Assembly (NCBI GenBank): GCA_964019425.1
Contig: OZ025787.1
Coordinates: 1,240,001 to 1,304,000, forward strand
DNA: 64,000 nucleotides
Direction: 5' to 3'
From: Flectonema sp. DT1601
Lineage: Eukaryota
Below the pieces are notes generated by a model that saw nothing but the letters and a program-made list of their open reading frames with translations, ran no database searches and was not told the origin of the DNA. Each line of letters starts with the position of its first letter. Positions within the stretch are counted from its first letter, which is position 1. A program made the position numbers and the translations under genes. Shown in pieces: positions 33,268 through 41,960 of this stretch.

Positions 33268-35742
33268 ATGTTGTCGCAGTTGGTAAGGAAATGGTCTTTG
33301 CTACACCCGGATAAGATCTTCCTCTCTGGTAATAAAGGTGAAATGTACTCATATTCGAAATCAATTCTTATGATTGAAAAATTATCAAAACAAATTAAAC
33401 AATGTTACAACCTAAAACAACAACAAACAGCTGTAATCTTAACCAGCAATGGAAATATTGGTTGTAAATTATTTCTGTGGCAGGTTGCTGTGTTAGACTC
33501 AGGTGTTAACATAGCTTACATAGACTCTCAGTCAATACCAAGCAGGAGAATAACAGCAATGAGTGAAGCCATTGCTTCATCAATTACTTGGTCTTCTGAT
33601 GAGATAGTCACGCAATATAATCAATGTGACTCTTTGTGTGAATCTGATGACTTTCTTTGTGATCATAACGTTGAACAGGTCAGTTGTGGAAATCTCATTT
33701 TTCACACCTCAGGAACTACCGGATTCCCAAAACAAGTACACACATCAGCTTCAAAACTACTCGACTACGCTGCATCCCGTTGTGAGGATGAAGACATTAA
33801 TATCCATTCTAGGATATTATTGGCATCGTCGTCTATGTTCGATCCCGCCCAAGGTGATTTTTTCAGCGTTTTACACAGCGGATGTACCCTGTGTGTTCCC
33901 GATTACAGTGAATATGTAATTGAACCTGCTAAAGTTGTTCTAACTCACAGACCTACTAATATTGTTTCAACTCCGACTATCTGGAATGGAATAAGTGATG
34001 AAGACGCAAAGATGATAATGAAAAGTAGTTTCTTAAAAGTCATCGCATTAGGAGGTGAAGCAATGCCAACGAGACTGATCTCTCTTTGGGGAGGACATGA
34101 AAAATTGATTTTATTAAATGTATTTGGGCTAACTGAGTTTGTCGTGTATCAATCAAGAAAAATAATAAGTTCGTTATCAGATCAATACAACATTGGAAAG
34201 CCGTACTGTCACGTTGAATATAAAGTTGTTAGTGATGTATTATACACCAACGATTACCCAACTGGTGATCTTGCAGAAGTCATATCTGGAGAATACCTAT
34301 TCAGAGGTCGTTCTAATCCGGAGTTAAATTTACAAAGAAAAATTCTTGGAAGACGAATTGATCTTTCTGAAGTAAATATTTACTTAACAAAAACTCTGAA
34401 TTTTCAAGCTGCATACTCAGTCGTGATTGATGATAAAGTAATATCTGTTGTAGCAATACCGGAGATCTTAAAACATCATGTGGTCGATGAGAATGATTCA
34501 AAGAGAACGATCGAATTAATTTATTCAAACTTACAAATATTATCATCAGTAATTCAACAAGCAGCTGCTTTAGATCTTCCACGTTATTTAATACCAACCA
34601 ATGTGATGTTTCTATCTCATTTACCGACGGGACCAACCGGAAAAATTAATCAATCTGAGATAATGAGATTGGCTAAAATGCCTCTTTTAGAACAATCTTA
34701 TGAGTCGTTGTATCGCATTGTGGAGTCTTACATAGACCCGATCGAATGTTTACTCAAAGAAGTAATCGAACACTCAAAAAGTAAGTTAAATCCTCCTTCC
34801 ACATCTGTTGAAATCATTATTTCCAATTCTTGGAAAAAAGAGTTCGGAGACATCGAATTGTTTAAGGAATCTAATTTTATTGTAATCGGAGGCGATTCAA
34901 TGTCAGCGCTAAGAATTGTTCGTGATGTGAGGATGTGTTTATTACCAGACTACACTAGTTCTTCAGACACGGAAGCTCTTCACGGTGATATTGACGGAAT
35001 CTTTGCTCCGATTGAATTATTACGAAGACCGGTATTGGAATGCTACAGTCGTTTTATTGAGACACACATTAAAGTAGAATGTGAGATTTCCGATTCTACT
35101 TCTGAAAAAAACACTCCAAACCATCAGTTTTCTAACTTACTACTAGATAGTGTTCGATGTGGTTGTGAACTTGCAACTAACATTCTAATTAAACAATGTA
35201 ATGTCTGTCCTAATGGTGGTATCAGTCGATTACGCAAAGGAATCAGTCCGCTTCATGTAGCATCACTCCACGGTGATGTAAATAGCTGTAGTCAATTATT
35301 ATCATTAGGAGCATCCTTGTATTCGACTACTGCTATTGGTACGAGTGCTTTGCATGTTGCTGCTGGAGCTGGTCATTCAAAAGTAGTTGAATTGTTAATA
35401 AATAAAGGAACTCCCGTATCAATAAAAGACTTAAATAAACAGACTTGCTTATACTACGCTGTGAGAAATGGTCATGTTGGTCTTTCGGGTGAATTAATTA
35501 ATAAATATTCAGTTCCAACATCTAATCATGATCGTTGGGGTAGATCACCTGTTCATTGGGCAGTCATAAATAACAATTCTTCAGTACTGCGTGTGTTGCT
35601 TGAGGCTGGGCTATCTCTTTCAGACACTCGTACAAAGGCTCATAAAACACGTCTCCTAAAGGAGCATCCGATTGATATAGCACTGCGAATGCATCCGCAA
35701 GAATCAAAACTGCTTGCTGTTTTGCGAGAATTTTCTACATGA
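33268..35742 (+). CDS. NRPS-like protein: adenylation domain + peptidyl carrier (PCP) domain + ankyrin repeats
   Basis: HTSGTTGFPK (A3), MFDP (A4), LGGE, NVFGLTE (A5), TGDL (A7), GR...KILGRRIDLSEV (A8), LPRYLIP (A9), PTGKI (A10); NFIVIGGDSMSA phosphopantetheine site; SPLHVA, SALHVAA, TCLYYAV, SPVHWAV ankyrin motifs. In-frame upstream ATG at 33202. Confidence 0.88.
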   Translation: MLSQLVRKWSLLHPDKIFLSGNKGEMYSYSKSILMIEKLSKQIKQCYNLKQQQTAVILTSNGNIGCKLFLWQVAVLDSGVNIAYIDSQSIPSRRITAMSEAIASSITWSSDEIVTQYNQCDSLCESDDFLCDHNVEQVSCGNLIFHTSGTTGFPKQVHTSASKLLDYAASRCEDEDINIHSRILLASSSMFDPAQGDFFSVLHSGCTLCVPDYSEYVIEPAKVVLTHRPTNIVSTPTIWNGISDEDAKMIMKSSFLKVIALGGEAMPTRLISLWGGHEKLILLNVFGLTEFVVYQSRKIISSLSDQYNIGKPYCHVEYKVVSDVLYTNDYPTGDLAEVISGEYLFRGRSNPELNLQRKILGRRIDLSEVNIYLTKTLNFQAAYSVVIDDKVISVVAIPEILKHHVVDENDSKRTIELIYSNLQILSSVIQQAAALDLPRYLIPTNVMFLSHLPTGPTGKINQSEIMRLAKMPLLEQSYESLYRIVESYIDPIECLLKEVIEHSKSKLNPPSTSVEIIISNSWKKEFGDIELFKESNFIVIGGDSMSALRIVRDVRMCLLPDYTSSSDTEALHGDIDGIFAPIELLRRPVLECYSRFIETHIKVECEISDSTSEKNTPNHQFSNLLLDSVRCGCELATNILIKQCNVCPNGGISRLRKGISPLHVASLHGDVNSCSQLLSLGASLYSTTAIGTSALHVAAGAGHSKVVELLINKGTPVSIKDLNKQTCLYYAVRNGHVGLSGELINKYSVPTSNHDRWGRSPVHWAVINNNSSVLRVLLEAGLSLSDTRTKAHKTRLLKEHPIDIALRMHPQESKLLAVLREFST

Positions 35743-35875
35743 AATGATTTTTCTCGTACTTTGAATTTTTAAGTTTTTCTTTTTTTTTAATCATCACATT
35801 TCCACATGACAGGATTGTTTGTTTTCTTTTTTTTTTATCTATCAAAAAAAAAAAAAAAAAAAAACACAACATAAC

Positions 35876-37183
35876 ATGGTGACCATAACCGAACCCGCTG
35901 ACTCTGAAGGACCCAGAATGATTGTTCAGGCTCCTGGACACGGTCTTGCAGAAGGAGTCTATGTCATAACAGCACGATTTAATAAACAACTGGTATGGAG
36001 TTTGAATGATGTAAAAGGATGTCGAATGATTTATCCAGCATCCGATGAGCGTTGGTACATAGGTGGTGATGGAAGTGATGGTCAGCCCTGGCTACGGTCA
36101 CAACCACACAATGGAAGACCACCAAATTCAATGGAGTATTGGGAAGAACGTTTTGGTGATAATGAATGGGTCAGAGTGTCTACTGTTAGAGTCCTAGAGA
36201 GTTACAGTCCTGATTCGTATATTCATTTAAGGTTTGATGAGGCATCTCATTTAAATGGTTGGTTTCAGAAATTACAACAAAACTGTTGGTTTTGTAACGA
36301 AACTGGAACAATGCTGACTGACAGATTAGGTCATTGGATCATCACATTAAAAGATGTAGTTCATGTCGCTTCATCAGAACCTCATTATAATCATCAACCA
36401 TCATCTGGAATGCAATGGACGTTATTATCTGGTGGAATCACTGCTAGAAAGAAATCTCTTGATGACAATGCAATGACATTACAAAGGAAGCAGACTGTGC
36501 TTGAAGAACAAGCAGTTACATTCTCAAGGATGGCTGAAGAGGTTCATCAATCACTTAAAGAAGTTGTTGACATTAGAGAGTTCGAATACGAAATCAGATC
36601 TCACAAAGAAATAGAACGCAAACAAGTCAGAGCAGCAGCAGGTGCAGAAGACGCTTTGCAGACTGCTCATGATGCGCTTCAAAAAGCTTTTTATGGAAAT
36701 ACTACACCAACATCACTACCAGGTGATAGTCAATATCTAATACGGCAACGGAAGATTAGTTGTTCTGTTTCGGAAGCTGCAAAACAAGCTGCAATTGCTG
36801 TCGAACAGGCAAAAATAATTCAAAAATCGAATCCAGTAGTGTCCCCACGCACCCTACAACAGCAATCATCAACGTCTGTATCCGCTATTAAAGTTTGTGT
36901 TCCAGGTACTCCAGTTCTTACGGGAGTGTATCATGCTTTATTTAATGATTTATCAGTTCATATGTCACAAAGGTCATGGCAACATAACGAGTTTCAAATA
37001 TACGACAACAATGGTTTCTGGGCAATTGGAACTCAACTAGACATCAGTAATGGAGTTGGTTGGATTGCTACAATAGAAAGTCACAATTACCGACCTCCAT
37101 TTGATACTTCTCTTCGATGGAGGAAATGGACTGGATCTGGTTGGGAAATCGATTCCCAAATCTCAATAGAAATTGTAGAATAA
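35876..37183 (+). CDS. Uncharacterized protein with three Trp-rich 'GxY...W...HNxxPP...W' modules and a central coiled coil
   Basis: EGVY...RWYIG...PHNGRPP..W; NGWF...HWII...PHYNHQP..W; TGVY...FWAIG...SHNYRPP..W. Confidence 0.75.
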   Translation: MVTITEPADSEGPRMIVQAPGHGLAEGVYVITARFNKQLVWSLNDVKGCRMIYPASDERWYIGGDGSDGQPWLRSQPHNGRPPNSMEYWEERFGDNEWVRVSTVRVLESYSPDSYIHLRFDEASHLNGWFQKLQQNCWFCNETGTMLTDRLGHWIITLKDVVHVASSEPHYNHQPSSGMQWTLLSGGITARKKSLDDNAMTLQRKQTVLEEQAVTFSRMAEEVHQSLKEVVDIREFEYEIRSHKEIERKQVRAAAGAEDALQTAHDALQKAFYGNTTPTSLPGDSQYLIRQRKISCSVSEAAKQAAIAVEQAKIIQKSNPVVSPRTLQQQSSTSVSAIKVCVPGTPVLTGVYHALFNDLSVHMSQRSWQHNEFQIYDNNGFWAIGTQLDISNGVGWIATIESHNYRPPFDTSLRWRKWTGSGWEIDSQISIEIVE

Positions 37184-37454
37184 TTGTTATCGTCCTAGTC
37201 GTTTATTCTATTCTATGGACTAGTGAGTATCCCTCTACATTTAGAGAAGGGGGTAGTTTTTTCTTTTTTTTTTTGTAGTATTAAGTCTGTAGCTATTACT
37301 CCTCCCTTTAGGGTGGTTTATGTATTGTATTTATTCTTATTCTTATTCTTATTTTAGTTTTTTTTTATTTTTGTTAATTGGTTTATCACATATATTCAAC
37401 TACAGGTTTCCGGCAATTTATCTTTTTTTATCTTTTTTTTTTAATATTTGAAAA

Positions 37455-38297
37455 ATGTCATCGAAATCCGACTACAAGGTGATGCTCTCTCCGGAGACTC
37501 TGAAGGACATCGAGAATTTGGATGAATCTGAATGTGGATTTTGTAGGAAATCAATGCCGGAAGTATGCTCTCCTGATATGAAGAAGAAGGTTGATTACCA
37601 TGTCGTGGTCTGCACTGATCAACCAGCTAATGAGTGGCATGCAAAGATGAAAGGAGGTTCACCTGCTGAGGTGATGAGTAACGCTATGGAAGCAGCAATG
37701 AAGAACGCGTTGTTGAAATCAAAAATTTCAGTCATTGAAGTTATGTATGGATCAAAACACGCGACGGCAGGTGACGTTATCGTTTTCAGAAATGGCCAAT
37801 CACCGCAAATATGGAAACAAGCAACTCCTGAAAACGCTGATGAAATCGCCTCTTCCATCACAACCTCAAATAATGAAATGGTACCTGCACCATCCGTCTT
37901 AATGATCTGTTCTCATACAAAACGTGATACTCGTTGTGGTTACTGTGGACCAGTTCTAACAGATCTCGCAACAAAGTATGTATCCCCGAGTGACCAATAT
38001 GTCATTGCAAAGATCAGTCACGTTGGTGGACATCTATTTGCTGGAAATGTTCTTCACTACGACAAGCAAGGAATGGATTGGTTTGGTGTTGTCACTCCAG
38101 ATAATCTAAATAAAGTAATCGACAAGAAATGGGGACCTGAACTATTCGATATGTGGAGAGGACGTATGGGACACGTTAATTCTGACATCCCACAACTAAG
38201 AGCTAAAATGTCTCGATTCAACTGCCTTAACCCCGTAATCATCGGAGGATGTGCTACTGCAGCTGCTGCTGCAGCATACCTCATGTTCACTAAGTAA
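37455..38297 (+). CDS. Sucrase/ferredoxin-like (Apd1/Aim32-type thioredoxin-like [2Fe-2S]) protein with C-terminal hydrophobic tail
   Basis: ICSHTKRDTRCGYCGP and ISHVGGHLFAGNVL give the C-x8-C...H-x-G-G-H ligand signature. Confidence 0.9.
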   Translation: MSSKSDYKVMLSPETLKDIENLDESECGFCRKSMPEVCSPDMKKKVDYHVVVCTDQPANEWHAKMKGGSPAEVMSNAMEAAMKNALLKSKISVIEVMYGSKHATAGDVIVFRNGQSPQIWKQATPENADEIASSITTSNNEMVPAPSVLMICSHTKRDTRCGYCGPVLTDLATKYVSPSDQYVIAKISHVGGHLFAGNVLHYDKQGMDWFGVVTPDNLNKVIDKKWGPELFDMWRGRMGHVNSDIPQLRAKMSRFNCLNPVIIGGCATAAAAAAYLMFTK

Positions 38298-39015
38298 GTG
38301 GATACACTTATAAATACTCTCAGCGACTCACTTTGGTAAATACTGCGTCGTTTAGTCACTTGAGATTGGAATCCGAATAATGAAAAAATGGAAACAAGAG
38401 CAGAGAACATAAATTCTGTTTTCTTAGTATACACTGTTAGTAACCATATGTCCAACCTCTGTAGAGTGTATTGACGGTTCATCGGCAGTTTTCTTTTTCC
38501 TTTCTTCTTTTTCCCCAGTCTGATCGTTATTGTGATGCCTTCGTTGTTCTCTTTATCTCTACTGCCATCCCAGTAGACGTCTATTTCACTTCCCCGTCTA
38601 CCTACCCTACCTAATGTGTGTTGTTAAGTGGTAGAATTGTTATGCTTTTGAGCTACTGCGAAAATTCTGGTTTTTGAAGATACGGTTTCACAAAAAAAAA
38701 AAAAAAAAAATGAATAATATAAAAAAAAAAACACACGAAATTTTCTTCATTGGTATCCCCCTTCCCTTTGACAAAAAATTTGTCATTGGCGTTTTTAGAA
38801 GCCTGTTCTTTGTATTTCTGTGATGTTTTTTTCTTCTTTTTTGAAGTTTTTCTTCTTCTTTTTTGAAGTTTTTATTCTTTGATGTGATTTTTTCATCCGA
38901 CCTGTACCCCCGAACACACAAACTTGAAACCGTATAAAACAGTCGCTCCGTAGTTCAGTTTTTTGCAAAACAGAAAATTTTGTTTTCCCCCCGTTTTTTT
39001 TTCGGGAATGAACTC

Positions 39016-39097
39016 TCAGATTAAGAGCCGTTTATTTTATTATGTCAAATTATCAATTTTCCCTTGATTAACAAATTTATAATGCTTTATCTGAATG
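39016..39097. repeat. Dispersed repeat family B, copy 2
   Basis: TCAGATTAAGAGCCGTTTATTTTATTATG...ATCTGAATG then a T run. Confidence 0.65.
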
Positions 39098-39793
39098 GTT
39101 TTTTTTTTTTTTTTTTTTTTTTTTTTGTTATTTGTTGCTTTGATCTGTTAGAATTAAAAAAAAAAAAAAAAAAACCCTTCTGCCTTATTTATTTATGACT
39201 AGCCTTTGGCTCTTTATCGGTAGCTAGATTGGTCTTTTCAATTCGAGACGTTCACTCACTTTTTTCTTGTAAGGGAAAATATAATCTTGCCACCCTTACC
39301 TTTCGTGCGTATAAGTCGTAAAAAACCATGTATCAGTTTATAAGTTTTACTTTGTGAGGGGGTGAAACTTTTGATAATGTAAAATCAAATAACAAGTTAT
39401 GAGGAGGGAAATTTTAAAAAAAATAAAAAAAAATAAATTAATTCTGTTTCTATCTTCCCTTTCCTTTTTGTTGTGTATCATCATCAAGGCGTGCTTGTAT
39501 CCTTTTGTGTGCCTTTATTCATTTCTTTTTTTTTAACATAAATTTATTTACATTCAACGTTCCATGCTTGTGAGTCACTGCGACTCATAATGTACAACAA
39601 CGTTGGATTTTATAGAAACATTCAGTCCTAATGGAACTGTTGATAAATTGCTGAATTATCAAAAAAAAACCAATGAAGGCCTACGGGGGACAAGAAGTAG
39701 AACAAATGTATTTTTTTTTTTTTTTTTTTTAAAACTTCTAGTTTTGTGTCTTAGAGCTGATTTGGTGACACTATCTTTTTAAATCCAGCCGTG

Positions 39794-39825
<32 letters not shown>

Positions 39826-39858
39826 AACAATTATAGGAAAGTTCCGCATAAAAGTTTT

Positions 39859-40249
39859 TGAAATGTCAGATCTCAACACAAAAGTTTCCGAAATATACAT
39901 CTCCCAAATTCGTGAGGTTTTCTTTTTCCTCCTAAACTCTGTTGAGCTCCTTGCGCTCCTGATCCCTAACTACATCACTTCAAGACTACAGAGGTCAGGA
40001 TAGATCCTCAGTTAACACTATGATCCAAGTTGGCTTTATTTACCGGAGCCAAGCGTGTGGATGACACGATCGAGAGAGAGCTGAACTCGATCAGCATCTC
40101 TGCAAGCAGTAGGTCATCAATGGTGTTCAAAACGAAGAGTTGTTTTAAAGAACTTCAGCAGGAGAGTACTCATTCAGCCTCAATTGGTGTTATGATCTTT
40201 TTTTTTGCTGTCCATTTCGGAAACTTTTGTGTTGAGATGCGACATTTCA
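39859..40249. mobile_element. MITE-like element / internally deleted DNA transposon with 36-bp terminal inverted repeats
   Basis: TGAAATGTCAGATCTCAACACAAAAGTTTCCGAAAT (39859-39894) versus ATTTCGGAAACTTTTGTGTTGAGATGCGACATTTCA (40214-40249): 34/36 complementary, with degenerate outward extension; no TSD identified. Confidence 0.65.
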
Positions 40250-40603
40250 GTAACATTTGCGTGGAATTAGGTGTTTGCCCCCCAAAAAAAAAAAGGTTAA
40301 TTATCTTTAGTGTTGGCTAATCAGTTTCTCCGAAAAAACAAGTTTTTTACCTTATTATTCCCGATGTGTGTTTGCGTTACAATATTAGTGAATGACTGAT
40401 GAAGAGTGGCAAAAAAAAAAAAAAAAAACGAGAGAAAAAAAAAAGACCTAACTTCTTTAAGAACATTCATCTTCACATGGGATTAATTCGATCCTTTTTT
40501 TTGCAATGTCAAAAAAATGAAAATAAAAATATAATCCACACGGATACACTCATGCAATACGTTCGATTCTTTTAAACAGTATTTCTAAATTTAAAAAAAC
40601 AAA

Positions 40604-41788
40604 ATGCCTCAGGATGTACTATGTCGTGTTGGTGGTCGTGAATTTCATCTCCCAATAGAATACCCTCCGAAAGTCGTGGTTGAATTTGCATCTGACTTCT
40701 CTGCTTGCAATGTGATAATCGAGGGTGAGACACCAAAAGTTTTCTTCGATGCTCTGATGGCGAACAATAAATGCGATGAGAAGTCACTTTGGGAGGAATT
40801 CGAACCCAAACTAAACCCTGAAATAGAATCATCGTTTGGACCATTAGGTGACATCCCTGGTCAAAAGATTCATGAATATACCCTTAACAAAAACAAATAC
40901 GAAATATATTACAGCGATTGCAGTGGATCCATGATTGAATACGCAAAGAGAATGCAACTGCTATTTGCTGTGTTGGGACCTGAAGATGGCTGCGTGATGA
41001 CATCATTTGAGGACTCAACATGCACTCACTGTTACCTAACAATTGAAAAGTCATCGTCTTCATGGTGTGTTATTGGATGGGCTGCAGCTGATGAAGCATA
41101 CCACTACCCAGATAAAACACAATTAATAATCAGTCAACTATTGATACTTCCATCATGGCAGAAGTGTGGTCATGGATCAGTACTTGCAGCATCCATATGG
41201 GAAAGTACTAAAATGGGAACAATGCCGGAGATTGATAGAATCATGTGGGCAAAACCTTCGGAAGATGGAGAACAACAAGAACGTGTTCAAGAAGACCCAG
41301 AAAGATTCACATACGCTCTTCACTTGTGTAGAATGCTTTCAATGGATATATTTACAGAGTTTACTGACACATCAATAATAAATATCGATTCTTATCAGGG
41401 TGATCGATCAGCTACCGATTGGCAAAAAATTAGAATTTCCAAACAGCATTGTGACGAACGCAAAACCCCTCCTATTCAGCAACTCCAGTGGTCAAGAAGA
41501 AGTGCTATTCAAGCAGCTCAACAACTTCAAATATCAGTTCCATTAGTTAGAATGCTTTTTGAAATTAATCTTCTTCGAACCTCTCGAGGAAAGTACGCAG
41601 AGTCTATTCAGCATTTCATTCAACGACGTATTTATAACATGGAGATTGTTGATTTAAGTAGAATTGATCCTAACATGGTACCTCATAAGATGCGAGCACT
41701 CTACCGAGAGACGTTTTCGAATTGGAAAACTGTTACCAAAAGGGCACAAGGTCTAATAGAGAAGAAGATCTTGCCAGGATCTGTCTAG
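40604..41788 (+). CDS. HAT1: Histone acetyltransferase HAT1-like (GNAT)
   Basis: YHYPDKTQLIISQLLILPSWQKCGHGSVL matches the HAT1 motif-A region (YPDxxRxRxSQxLILPPxQxxGHG); divergent elsewhere. Confidence 0.7.
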   Translation: MPQDVLCRVGGREFHLPIEYPPKVVVEFASDFSACNVIIEGETPKVFFDALMANNKCDEKSLWEEFEPKLNPEIESSFGPLGDIPGQKIHEYTLNKNKYEIYYSDCSGSMIEYAKRMQLLFAVLGPEDGCVMTSFEDSTCTHCYLTIEKSSSSWCVIGWAAADEAYHYPDKTQLIISQLLILPSWQKCGHGSVLAASIWESTKMGTMPEIDRIMWAKPSEDGEQQERVQEDPERFTYALHLCRMLSMDIFTEFTDTSIINIDSYQGDRSATDWQKIRISKQHCDERKTPPIQQLQWSRRSAIQAAQQLQISVPLVRMLFEINLLRTSRGKYAESIQHFIQRRIYNMEIVDLSRIDPNMVPHKMRALYRETFSNWKTVTKRAQGLIEKKILPGSV

Positions 41789-41960
41789 TAAAGGAATTTC
41801 CCGAAGTAGTTTTTGTTGTCAAATTACATTCCGAAGTATTAACTGCGGAGTTTCTTGTTGGTTTTATTTCGCTCTGTTTTTCTTTTTTTAAAATTATTTT
41901 TTTTCTTCTAGTCGGGTCCACAACAAACTCAAAAACACACACACACACACCCCACTCAAC

